Shown here piece by piece: positions 26,324 to 39,399 of a stretch of 43,528 bases of DNA. The notes under the pieces are model-generated. The model ran no database searches, was not told the DNA's origin, and saw nothing but the letters and a program-made list of their open reading frames with translations. This DNA comes from Seison nebaliae. Lineage: Eukaryota. The first letter of the stretch is position 1. Each line of letters begins with the position of its first letter. Location: positions 1-43,528 of the forward strand of contig JALJEE010002645.1 in assembly GCA_023231475.1 (NCBI GenBank). The letters are read 5' to 3'. The position numbers were made by a program, and so were the translations under genes.

Positions 26324-27500
26324 CTAGTTGGGAAGAGTTGGTGGTTAAGTTGGTCGATAGCTTCGTTGCCGATATTTATAAACTTTTTCATTTAATTCAA
26401 CAACTCAGCTCGAATTCATAAGTAACATGCGTTATCACCATAAATCCTAATTGATCAGTTCACGAAATTGAATAGAAGGCAAAATTCAGTTCGGAAAAGA
26501 ATCGTCAAGAAAATCTATAGTTGAAGGAAGAGAAGTAAATAAAAAAGTTTAAATGAAATTTGAAATCGATTACATCATGTACATATATCATACTATTATT
26601 ATCATTAGTCTATCAATACATCATCGATACAAATGAAATGAACAAAATGTATTCCATCTTTTCAGTATTATTCATCCCACACACTCTTCTTACTTATGAG
26701 ACAAAAAGTGAATTAGAGAATGTTGAAGAAAAGATTATTAATTTGGGTTGAACTTAATAAAATTTTGATTCTGATACTTATTCAATTGATATGACCATCG
26801 TTAGTCACTTCTTCTCGCATTCACCGTCACTTTCATTGTCAAGGAGAATAATTGAGATAGAGAAGAACTTATCACTACCCAGTTCATTCATATTCAATTA
26901 GAGATGAAGAATAAAAATAAGAATTTTCTATGACATCCTTTTTACAATAACGTTACGTTGTCACAGTAACATGCAGTAACATTTCATCAATGAAGGGAAC
27001 GATACTTTCTCCTTATTTTTTTTAGCTCGACATCGCGTCGACAACTGTTACAATAGCGAAGAAATGAAACATCATCTAAATGACATAATTCCTTTCGAAA
27101 AAAGAAAGAAAAAGAAATCAGATGAAAATATTAAAAGAAAAAGAGGTAAGGTATTATGGTCGCCTAATGCTGAAGACCATAGATGAGACAGATAGACAGA
27201 TACATATACACATATTCGAATACATTGAGAAGAGCCTCCTTGCTATATCGCCATACAGAGAATTAGGTTCCCTACAATTAAATAAGTAAAATTGCTATGT
27301 ATGAAGACCTCTTCCTATTACACTACTATCACTATTACTACTACTACTCTTCTATAAGTTATACATATCATACGTTCGGTTCGATTCAAATCAACTCCAT
27401 TCTTTCCCACATTATTTATCTTTTCATTCTTATTTGCTCATATGTATATAATTCTCTTTTTATTATTCTTCTCGTTTTATATCTATCCCAATCGTCCCCA

Positions 27501-27533
27501 ACACTCACACTCACACACACACACACACACACA
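27501..27533. repeat. (CA)n microsatellite
   Basis: Directly visible. Confidence 0.9.
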
Positions 27534-30110
27534 TGCATGTAGACTCATGAACATACGTACCTTAACATACATCCATCTAAACGTAGCTAGCTAGCAATGG
27601 CTATGTAGCCAAATAATAAGTTTCTTCTCTTTACTCAAAGAAAAGAATTTTTTTCTATTTTTTATTGCTGAAAGTGTATTATCATCCACATACTTCCACA
27701 TATACATACACGCTGACACACACACACATCACATATTAATACCCTCATCATCACCATCATCCCCACCACCACTACAATTATTAATGAATTGAGATGCAAG
27801 ATGAAAAAATGAAAAAAATTGAATTAAACAAAAAAGAACATAGCAGACCCTCAGACATGTATCGTTCACTTCGACTCGAAGAGAGAACAATTTGTTTTTC
27901 TCTCGTAATTTTCAACTAAAGATTTCTCTTCACATTCCACATTCATTTAACTAGGAACATCAAACTACATATACATTAACATACAAGCACATCCCCTAAT
28001 AATTGTAAGTGAATAGATATATGTAATTCTTCAACCTCCTACAGGGCAACTCTTAGGACTTATAAATAACTCTAGAGATGTATATCATTATTTACTGATA
28101 TTACTGGCAGATCGGTGGAGAGGGAAAAACTCGGAGAACACTGAACATCTATAACGATATCAAATAAGTAGATCGAGACGGTCTCTCTCAATGCACGGAT
28201 ACTTGTACCATTGTGACAGTGTCTGAATGGAGTTTCCTTTTGTTTAGGACTTTTCTTAATTGAAATTGATCGGGAAATTAAAGAAAGTTCTTAAACAATT
28301 CTCACCTGAACATAATCCTTCTAATCAATATTCACTTTATCACACAATAAAATATCACTCGACTTATTTGATGAAAGTTGACCAACATTTTATGTGCAAT
28401 TATTACTCAACATTCCTTGTTTGGTACAATTACCTAAATTAATTGGCAAAGAAATATGTTAATTAATTAAAATTCAAACTTTATTTGAATTATTTCTAAA
28501 CATAAATCATTTATAATATCTAAAACGATAAAAAAACTTGTAAAGTCAACTATCATTTGTAAATTATCAATTAAGTAAATTGAACAATATAATAATTATG
28601 ATCAAGAATTATCTATTTTAAAATAAGAGCAAGAACAACACCATCTATGACACCATCTTATCCTTGAATATATAAAATTTCCGTTTGTATCGAAACGTAA
28701 TTAAATATCTGTTCTTTAGAAAACTAGTAAGAATCATATTACTGTTTTTTTTTCAATTGTAACAACATGGTTTTTAACGTAACAACTATTAACAGTCCAC
28801 GAAAATTAATTGTTGTCCTTAAATTTATTTTTTTCGATAAATTATAATTTTGGAAGATCAATCTTCATACCTATCTTCGTAGATCATTATAAAACATAAC
28901 AGAGTTATACATTTAGTTGATAACATTTTATCAAATTAAATTCCGACAATAACATTGCATTCGAACACCCACATGACTCATCTATTGATTAACAATTCAT
29001 AACAAAGCAGAAAATTTCTGGTAGATGAAATAATCTTGACACAGCAGAGAGAAAGACATCATGATTATAAAAAAGTTTTTGTTAAAAAAAAATTGAAATG
29101 TTGTCAATTTTTTTTCAATAACATTTTCGACTATTCAAAATTACGACATTATCTTGCCATCATCATACTTCAATACCAGACCATTCTTTTCCGTTTTATT
29201 ATAAGTAACTTAATTTTTAAGATTTTTTTCATGGAAACTTATTTCTAATAATTTTGCATTGGAGTTTAAAACATCCTAAAAAATTCTTGTCTTCGTTGCA
29301 CATCAATTTCTCTTTCTAGGAGGTAAAGAAATTTATTAAGTATTAGTTAATGAAGAGAAGAAAATATAAACAAAGTCGTGTGAAGTCTAAGGTTTAGTTT
29401 ATTATCATCAGAAAAGGTGAAGAAACATATCTAAAATCTTAAAATTTGGGAGGTATTTTAAATTTTGGCTGAAAGAATAAAATATTTCACTTATCTTCTA
29501 TTGGTAATATGTGAAAGAACTTCGTGCTGTTTTTCTTAAGAACAGTTTCTTACGCGCTATGCACATAATGATTAACACATTTCTTTTGCGTTCCATTAAA
29601 AGAAAGTAGAACAAATATTGAACAGTATCCAAAAAAATATTCTTGGATAATTTAGAATACATTTCAGACGATTAAGAATTACCTAAGTTTCAATTGGGAA
29701 TTTAACGAGGAATTTCTATTTCAGAAAGAAACGAAAAAATAGAAATTCGACGATTGATGGAATATATTTCGAAATTTATAAGTGAAAATTAGAAAGAATG
29801 TAGAAGAACAAATCATTACTCATATGATTATGATTGTCAAAGTAAGCAGTCTAAAAAAATAAAGACTAAAATCGAAAATTAGTTGAAGAGAATAATTAAA
29901 TATTTTTCCTTACTTGGACGGACAGTGATAAAATACATTGAATTTACAGTATTTTTATATTTACACATATTCACACGGAGGTTTTCCACACTCAGTTCAC
30001 ATAGGATATCAGGGCATATAAGAAATTTTACTTATTCCCTTCGATATTAATGTATCGTCGAAAGAGATACAAGTGCAACACCCATATACATACATCCATA
30101 TTACATATTT

Positions 30111-30210
30111 TCACATACACACATATATATATATATATATATACACAAGAACACTCACACACACACACACACACACACGCACACACGCACACATACACGC
30201 ACGCACACAC
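30111..30210. repeat. Compound (TA)n/(CA)n/(CACG)n microsatellite
   Basis: Directly visible. Confidence 0.9.
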
Positions 30211-33200
30211 ATCAATCTGAAGGTACGGAGATAACTATAGTTCGTTTCTTGTTTATATGTCGATGACGATTATTTTGAGTCGGTACATCAGACAGAAAGA
30301 TACCGTAATAGCAACAATACTATTTGTGGGTCGTAGAGAGTTATAGGTAACAATGAAGAGAAGATGGTGGCGTGTGCAAGAGTTTCTTTTTTCTTTTTTG
30401 AAAATAAATAGAGAGAGATGATAAAGATGGGTCGATTTTTCCAATTCGTTTCACTTTCTTCAATCTGCTATGAATATTTTACGTTTAATTATTCCTCTTC
30501 CTATTAATTTGTATGTTCCTTACTGATCCTCTTATTTTAATGGTAGAGATTTATATGATGAATTTGAGTCAATTCCAAAATTTGAACGTCCAATGTACAC
30601 TGAAAGAATAATTGTTTTCGATATGCTACAATGTGATGGGTTTCTATTAGAATTCTCGTGTACGATAATGACTGATAGGAGACATTAAAAAAGAAACAAA
30701 CAAAACAGGGAAATTGAATTGTTCAAAAAAAAATGTCGTCCAATTTAAGTAAGACTGTGTTAAATTTACTTAATATAACAATTAATTTTTATGCAAAATA
30801 AATACTTTTTCTTACATAACATTGCATTTTCCTTCTTGTTTGGTAGTAAGTAATGAGGCAAATTCATAAAATAGAGTTAAATAATTTGTCTAATAATTTG
30901 TTATTTGAAAAGAAATTGTAGAAGATATTACTTCGTCGAAGAGAATAATGTGAAGGATGGCGTAACATTTAATAAACTTAATTTTATTATGATAACCCCT
31001 TATTGCCATCTTTTAAACTATTCGACGTACAAGAAGCACATAATAAACAATGGAATATTAATAAAAGATAATAAAATAAAATTTAAAACTTGAAAAAAAT
31101 TGTTATAAAATGAATTGCAATAATATCCGACTGTACCTGATTCTTTAATGTGTGAAATTAACCGGTGAAATCATTAAATTTTATCCAATCTTCTCTGTTT
31201 GTTATAATGTTACTTAGGAACTTCTTCATTAGCATCTTCTCTTCAAATGCATTATTCTACACAGGATAATAGACGGAGAGTGTTTGATATTTAGTCAATA
31301 AAAATTGTTTTCGGTAAAATGAAAACATTCTCTAATTAATTGACTAATAAATTAATTATCATTAGATCAATAAAGTTCATTAAGAAAAATTTTAGGTAGA
31401 TTTGAAAACAACAAACATCATATTGTTAATGATTTGGAAAGTATTATCAAAAAAAATCGATTTCCATTTCGTTTTGGATTAAAAAACTTTTAAGACTTTC
31501 GTTCGAAATGACGAATAAAATAAGAGAACAAACAAGTAATAAGAGCGTCGTAGCAACAGCACGAATTGTTATTATTTAGAAAGTTGTTGATGTTAAAGTT
31601 TAGTCTATTATATCCGTTACCAAACTGTCCTGTTTGTTATTCATACGCTCTTCCATTCTTTGTCTGAACTAACCAGACTGGAAACGTTAAAATGCATTTT
31701 TTGAAGGAAAAAAACTCAACAAATAAAATTTCTGTGGTTCCAATTAATGAAAATATCTGTTCAAAAGACCTTAATATTACATAATCGAATGGAATATGAC
31801 TAACTGTAACGCCCAAACTATGTTTATGGCATTTACGATAATTATCGAATATTTGCGGTACAATTAATGAGATGTCAATGAAAAGTGCACAAGAGATAGA
31901 AGGAAAAGGTGTTGAGAAAGAATTTGCTTTCGTAAAACTTAAAATAAGTTGAAAGATAATTATTTTTTAGATTTGTGGTATGAGAAAGGAGAATCTAACG
32001 ATTATAATTTCTAAACCAGAATTTCTAAAGTAATTTGATAAGAAAGGAAGCAAGTAAATAATAAGTAGAAATATGGACATATATGTACAGTGATGTAAAC
32101 TTAAATAATCGAACAACACGAATAAATAATAGTCACTATGGAATGATGATGATGAATAAGTGAAGCAGATAAATTCTCTATTCTCTTCTTTGAGTTGACG
32201 TACAAGTATCTTCTCTTTACCGCTTTTGTTTCCTTTCAGCAATTCGTCGTCATCGTCATCATGACCATCATCTCACGTAGATTATGTTATTATTCCGTTT
32301 ATTTATATGATATTGCAATGAATGAAATGATTCATCTCTTCACTTCATTTCAGTTCATTCATTTTTTTATTTTTGCTCTCTTCGTCCTCGTTAATCAATT
32401 CCACAATTACTCTCCTGGAATGTATATTTCCCCGTCACGCAGTTACTGGAGCTACCGCAAGCTTCGATTTTTCCTTAAAAATTTCTTAACAGAAATACAG
32501 AAGACGTGTGACGTAATGAACATAGATAACTCACACACGTATGTCCAAACTGGAGAACACATAGACTCCACGACTTATGCGAATGTATAACTGATGAAGA
32601 AACTCAAAAGAAGGAGAGATCTCTATAGGCCATAATTAAAAGTAAATATCTGTATAGAATAATAAGTAACATTTGAAGGAAAGAACTTACAGTTAGTCAG
32701 ACAGTCAGTATATTGTGCAATCGACCGACTTGTACAGCTAATAAATTCATCCACAGGAAACATACACTAAACATATACCAATTGTACTATTTTGATATCT
32801 ATGAACCTTTCTTCCCAACTCCCAACCAACACAACAGCTCATAGAGTTACATAAACGATATGTTAATTTTTCTCCACTTGTACAAACATCGTCTCACCTC
32901 AATTCATCAACAATGAAAGCGTTACACTGATAAAATTAACATTGTCACATAAGTATAATATTCTTGTTCAAACGAAATTGTACTTCTTATTCATTAATAT
33001 CGATATTTTACTTATTCGAAGTGAAAAATGAAGAAAACTCCACTAGTATTTACTTACAAGAAAACTTGTTAGTCATTGTTCATATATGGTATAGAGCTGA
33101 GATGCATTATTATTATGAAAGTGGTTTCTTATAGAATGAGACTGATAGAACTGTATTTAACTTAAATGGAACAATTTGGAAAGTAGTATGTTGAATTCCT

Positions 33201-34799
33201 GGAAATGATATAATAAATAGTATTTGTTCAAAATGGCAATGTGACAATTTCCCGTGAGTGGTTCCATTTTATTGCCAAACTTACATAACTACGATAGATG
33301 GGAAAGTTATAGTTTCTTTGGGTGGAAGATAATTTCTGTTTTCGACTTGCACAAGTACCATTGGATGTCTTTGGACAGTCACTATAGATGAACTAACACC
33401 TTCGATATTTGTTTTACTTTCCTCTTTTTTTATGAGGAGGGTTAATAGAGATATTTTTGTAATATTTCTATTTATTTGAGTGATCGATGTGTGGAATCGT
33501 CTAATATTAAATGAAGTTCCATGACTTTGGGTGATATGGACAACTAAAATAAATAATAGTAAATACGTATGTGATTATGCAACTAATTTCATTGGAAACA
33601 AACTTTATGATGAACTACATATGAAATAGACGTGAATAGATAGATATATTCCTCCACATATGTGTACATTCGTTAATATAATCATTTCCCACAAAACTCT
33701 TGTGCATTATATAGATATAAGCTATATGGGAAGACTCTAATCTTCCCTCTTTTCATGAATTTGTTCAATATTTTTAATTGTTGTTTTCATCAATGTTCAT
33801 GCGTGCCTTACCGTTTATTTCTTATTAACATTTTCCCCTTCTCTCTTTCATTTAAATGGTGTTCGATCTTCTCAAATGAAAAACAAAAATGGAATAGAAC
33901 GATTTTCTAGTTCATTCAAATGACAAACAATTATGGTTGTTTCTACGAAAATATTTTTACTATGATCAAACATGCTAAATCATGTGTTTACTCGTTCATT
34001 ATCAAACTACATATTAATATATATATATTCTACTCGAAAAATAAATCTGCGGCATTATGTATACACGTGTAAGTTTGACTTATTAATTAACAATATTTAA
34101 TACTTATATATATAAATTCGATCATCTAGTTTCAATTCAAATTCTTACGATTAATAATCATTTAAAGTCATAAGGATTCCTGATTGTTACTCAATTTTTC
34201 CAGTTATGCAAAAATCTAAATTTTGAATTTTATCGATAATTAAACAGCACTTCATCAAACATTAATGCGACTAACCAGAGATCCGAATGCAAAAACTTAT
34301 CGATGATAAGTTATGATGCTTGTAATTGTAATCGGTGTCCTTCCAATTTTATCGTTCAACCTCATAATAAGATGAGTTGGGACACAGAATTTAAATTTCA
34401 ACGGTGACAAGTTTGTTAATCGCAATAAGGGGTTGGTTTGAACTCGAGATAGATAATGATTATTTTGAGTTAGAATGATAAGATAGTTTAAAGATCTTGT
34501 TTCAAAATACAATTAACCAATACGCCACAGAAATGAGACAAATTCAAGGTTGATATAAAGTACTTAATAAGTGCTATTTATTGACTGAATGGAATTCAAA
34601 AATTTACTCCCATTAACTTCATTTAAATCAAATTTTTATTGAACCACTTATTACAAGTGTTTGAACATCTTTCTTGCTTTTTGTTCTCTAACATTTTAAA
34701 GTCCAAATTTTTTAAAACTTTCATACGTTAAACATGTATAAATATTTATAGTAGCAATGGGGATTACTAATACTAACAATTAGATTGTGAGATTCCAGT

Positions 34800-36309
34800 G
34801 ATTTCACACAACATTATCGAAAAGTGTTAAATAAACCTAAGCCTATTACAACAGAAGGTTAATCCCATTTCATATTCATTCAACTATCATTTATCCATTA
34901 TAGACGGTTTTAATGATACAACAAGTGAGTTAGAAAATACACCAATGGAAACTGAAAATAATTTTCAACCGTTGGAAGTCTGTACAAACTCAGTTACCGA
35001 GAGTCATTCCGAACTAAATCGACCTGCAATGAATTTGACATTAAGAAATTTAGTTGTCGACGGTATGTCCATCTTCGAAGCAATGAGTTTATACCAAGAT
35101 AACACAAAATTGATAACAGTTAATAACCTAATAAAAATACAATAATTAAAGAAATTTTTCGTAGTTTCTGAAAGATTTCGGTATGCTGAAAGAGGACTTC
35201 TGCGAAGAACATAATATCCAAATGAAATTTCAAGTTCATTCTGGAAATCGGTTGATTTATAGATGTCCCAACGATAGGAAGACTCGTAGTTTGTTTACAG
35301 GTTAAGTCGTATAATAATAAAATGGATAATAAGATTTCTCGTATTTTTTAGGAAGTATATTCGAAAGGTTTAGAAATCTTTGGGGGACAATTTCTTATAC
35401 ATGTATTCTTGGTGTTGGAACATCAACCAATATTGTCTAAAGTTAAATTTCCAAAAAGAATATTGCGCCGATTGGAACAACTATTTCCTAGAACTATGCA
35501 CTGAATATGTGTTAAGAAAGTCAGACAAACAAATAGGTTTTTTGACAGTATTTTGATCATTATATTTCAGGCGGACTCGGATCTGTGGTAGAAATTGATG
35601 AAACTTTAGCAGTTAGAGCAAAACGATCAAAAAATGGAAAATATCGCCACCCAAAACAACATTGGTTATTCGGTGGAATAGATCGGGAAACAAAGGAAAT
35701 TTTTGTAGAATTTGTTCCGAATAGAACTACGGAAACATTGAGAGAAGTAATGTATCGGAAGATTAGAAAGGTTAACAAAATTTTCTTAAAAATGTTAGGA
35801 ATATTAACAATTTTCTTTTTAGGGAACTATTATAAATTCTGATCAATTTTCATCTTATCACTGGCTTCGTAATTCTACCGATTTTTCTTATAAAGTTTAT
35901 TTTTTTTTACTTAATGTTGCCTTACATTGTTAGGTAATAAATTATTCACAGAGGTTTGTTGATAAAGAAGATAAATCAAACCACACGCAGAATACAGAGA
36001 ATCTTTGGAGATGGCTAAAGAGAGATATGAGGAAAACTGGTTTATTTGAATATATAATATTTCAGAATTAACTTTCCTTATATAATGTAGGAGGCATCAG
36101 CATTAAAAAAAATTTTCAAGGCTCTGTAAAGCAATTGCGCGACGGGAAGTAAAGATACAAAAAATGGATTTTTTTCTAAGTTCATAGCAATTATGAAAAC
36201 TTGTTATCCTCCTTCATTTCAATTAACAGAAGAAGAAAATGAAATTTCGGAACATGAAATTTCCGAAAATGAAATAAATTACAATATTTCAGACCATGAA
36301 TATGTATAA
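34800..36309 (+). mobile_element. Merlin (IS1016/IS1595/ISXO2-like) DDE transposase, intron-containing and frameshifted (probable pseudogene)
   Basis: Spliced motifs: CADWNNYFLELC...IG|GLGSVVEIDET; WLFGGIDRETK; FVPNRTTETL; RK|GTIINSDQFSSY; VINYSQRFVD...HTQNTENLWRWLK (D, D, E present). Introns 34858-34903, 35119-35164, 35301-35351, 35537-35570, 35771-35822, 35895-35933, 36040-36090. Frameshifts near 35372 and ~36110-36150. TIRs not found by eye; 5' limit uncertain. Confidence 0.85.
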
Positions 36310-36974
36310 TTTATATATAAAATAAAAATTTCTTTAATTCGAGTCAATTTATCTTGAAGTTCTCGTAATAGCACCTTTTAAAATATGTTTTACTTTTTTA
36401 ACAATGCAGAAAATGTAAGCTCAAAATTTTTAATTATAAAATCGAATATCTTTTTTCTTAAGCCGAAATTTAACATTCTGAGCACACGATGATGTTCAGA
36501 ATTGAAAACTGGTCTAGTAAGATAAATTTCAAAAGAAAATACGACCAAGAAAACCATCGCGTTTTTGACCACTTATTCCAAACCTTTACCTTCTTTCTTC
36601 TACATGAAAGTCTATGACGTTGGATGGTAAATTTCCTTTGATTCTTAAATGTTCATTATAAAATCCTCAAAACTTTCGTTCTCCATATTTATTTTATTGG
36701 AAAAATAATTGAGCTAAAACTTTCAATACTTAACTTGCATTAAAATGTTCTTTGCTAAAAGTTCTTCTCCTCGGCAAAGTGTGAAAAAATGCGAAAATTA
36801 GATAGGAGAAAATACATGTATTTTCACAATGTGCCCAGGACTGTTCTGTACTACTAAAATTTCAAGTTCGTACAATAGCAGAGGATTAGAAAAGCATGCT
36901 CAAGTGCCTCGTGAGAAAAAGGAAAAGCAAGAGTTGAAGTGATAAATATTAAATAAAAAAAAAACAATAAAATT

Positions 36975-39380
36975 TTATTCTTTATTTGTTTGTATCTTTG
37001 TTCCGAATCTTCTTCAATGATTAATGGACTCTGTCAATCTCAACGGAACTTTCTTCGATGATGAACAAGAGCCATAACATGGCGACCACGCAGGCAATCA
37101 AGTGATACTTCCATTTGATGAAATAATGTCATTGATGATGTAGAACCGATCTATGATTCAGAAAGAAATAAGTTTATTGGTCAACGCAACTAACAAAAAA
37201 TTCGAAAAAGTTTCATACGAACGAAAGAACACAAGCGGAAAATACAATTTTACGATCGATTATAGAACAATAAGAAAGCAGAAGGAAGTAAGTCATCTTA
37301 AGAACGTTAGATCATATTGATTATAGTCAAAATTGGAATTGATTAAATTAAGTGCGGAATCGAGGGCAAGTCCGAAGAGCCACGGTCCAAGAATCGAACC
37401 CTGACGGACTCCACGATTAACTTGAAAAAGAGAGGATTGGACATTTTTTATTGAAACGGAACATAACGACTGCAAACACAACGTTTTTATGAATGACACT
37501 ATCGAATGGTGAACCCCACGAGAACTCAGGCAAAGGAGGGCCGGAAGTACATCGATGGAGTCGAACGCCCTCGATGCGTCTAGGAAGGATATATGAAGGA
37601 GGCGGTTCATTTGCCTATGATAATATATCAACGACCTCACGATGGCCAGACACGGATGTACTCCCCGATCATATCTTCTGTAGGCACATTGAGCTGTGGA
37701 CGAATAGACTGGGACTGAAATCTCTTTATAATTGCACGTTCAAAGACTCGAAGAAGGAAAGATGGGACACAAATGGGACGAAAAGAACTCACTAGAGAAG
37801 AATCCATTAACCGATTTTTAAGGATTGGAACAATTTTAAAATGGAATATGTCACAAGGAAATTCATTATTGATGAAACAATTATTGATGAAAGAAGAAAT
37901 TGTCGGTAGAAGACTGTCAATCGAGAACTGGGCTAACATGGGACAAACATTATCACAACCATGTGCTGTTGAACTCTTCAGTGACATTATGGCCGATCTA
38001 ATTTCATCATCTGAGAAAGAGAAGAGAGAAATATGAGAAGAAATTGGAGAAAGAGAAATAGAGAAGTTAGATGAGTATATGTAAGAAGCATAATGTTCAG
38101 TAAACTCATGAACAGTCGGAAAATTCGACTCATTCAGAATGGAAGTCGGTTTTCTCAAAAGCTTCCATAACGAGGAGTCCTTCGAAGTCCTATGAATTCG
38201 ATTGTATGTATCCCGTCTTCGTTTTCTCCGGATGGCTCTCCTAAAGTCGCGACGAGCCGACGATAGTTGAGCGAGGACCTCCAGAGATTTTTCGGAATAA
38301 TACTTGAGAAGTAGTCTTTTACATCTACGCCTCATTGGAAGAATATCGTGGAAGTTTGGAAGGGGTCTAGCCTTGAACCTAATACTAGTTCCCAACGAGG
38401 ATGGAAGTGACGAGAATGAAGAAAGGGAAAATGAAATTGAGAAAGAGGTATCATAGATAGAAGCAAGAACGTTCGACATCATATTAGACAACCAGTATTT
38501 CACAACTTCAGGAAGTCTGCAAAACGGACGAAAAATTCGAGTGCTTTTTCCACTAAGCGATCGATCGTGACCAGTCACCTCTTCCCGAGAAGTTTCTGGG
38601 TTCTGGAGTACGAAGTCTAATGTGAGTGGGAGATGATCCGAGATAGAAGCAGAGATACCGTCGTGAAGCAGAGAACATCCTATGGTGTCGATGGATACGG
38701 ATTCAGTAAAACCGCGGACGATCACCGAACGTTTCTTAGGAGCGATTGTCATCCCATCGATAACCTCAGAAGAGTTGCCTAAAATTGGAGGAAGACCGGA
38801 TGATTTCACGTTGCGGGAGCGAGGAGTATGTTTCGATATAGTTTGTAGATGAGAGGGAACTTCGGTCGAAGATTTCGTCTTTACGTTCTTCTTTTTACGA
38901 TTCCTCCTGATGTTCGACGGCACAAGATCACCAGTTTTAGTAGACTTGATGGGACCGAGACCAGACGGAACGGAATTGAGACTAGAAATATGTTGTGAAT
39001 TGGGGACGACCTCATCCTCTTGATGCATCGAAGAATCCGGAAGAATGGACGACACAATAGGAGGAGAGAGAGAGGTTGGATTAGAAGAATTATTCGAGCG
39101 AGAAATCTTCAGCGGGATATAATTCCACCCATCACCAGAAATAGCGTCAATCTTGCGCTCAATTTGACATAATTTCAACATTATTTGACCCAACGTACAA
39201 GAGGAAATAATGCTGGAACTCGTTGATGCATCCAAGATCGACGTTGAATTTGCTCGAGAACGTTTTAATGATGTTGTGACCGGAGGAGAACCACCGAGTG
39301 AACGAAGATCAACGTCCTGGGAATTGATAACTGAGGAGTTGGCAGAAGCCATTTGGTCAATTTGAATCAGCGAAAATGTA
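36975..39380 (-). mobile_element. Decayed non-LTR retrotransposon (LINE), copy A: ORF1-like region, APE endonuclease remnant and partial RT
   Basis: ORF 37637-39352 contains KKRSVIVRGF, ISDHLPLTLDF (APE C-terminal SDHxP), EIRSAIMSLKSSTAHGCD, KIVPILK and FRPICVPSFLLRVFE. The frameshifted ORF 37293-37640 contains FLDASRAFDSI and GVRQGSILGPWLF. No YADD found. AATAAA-rich 3' end near 36975-36990. Boundaries approximate. Confidence 0.88.
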
Positions 39381-39399
39381 AAAAAAAGTTGGAAATAAA

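Noticed and set aside
27253..27273. ATACAGAGAATTAGGTTCCC resembles the U6 snRNA ACAGAGA box region
   Set aside because: It lacks the AGC catalytic triad, 5' stem-loop, internal stem-loop and poly-T terminator. Most likely chance; an Infernal RF00026 scan would settle it.
27378..27387. GGTTCGATTC, tRNA B-box-like
   Set aside because: No cloverleaf, A-box or T-stem pairing around it.
34300..36900. Merlin terminal inverted repeats (e.g. GGGACACAG near 34379 versus TGTGCCC near 36830)
   Set aside because: The match does not extend and no target-site duplication was found by eye.
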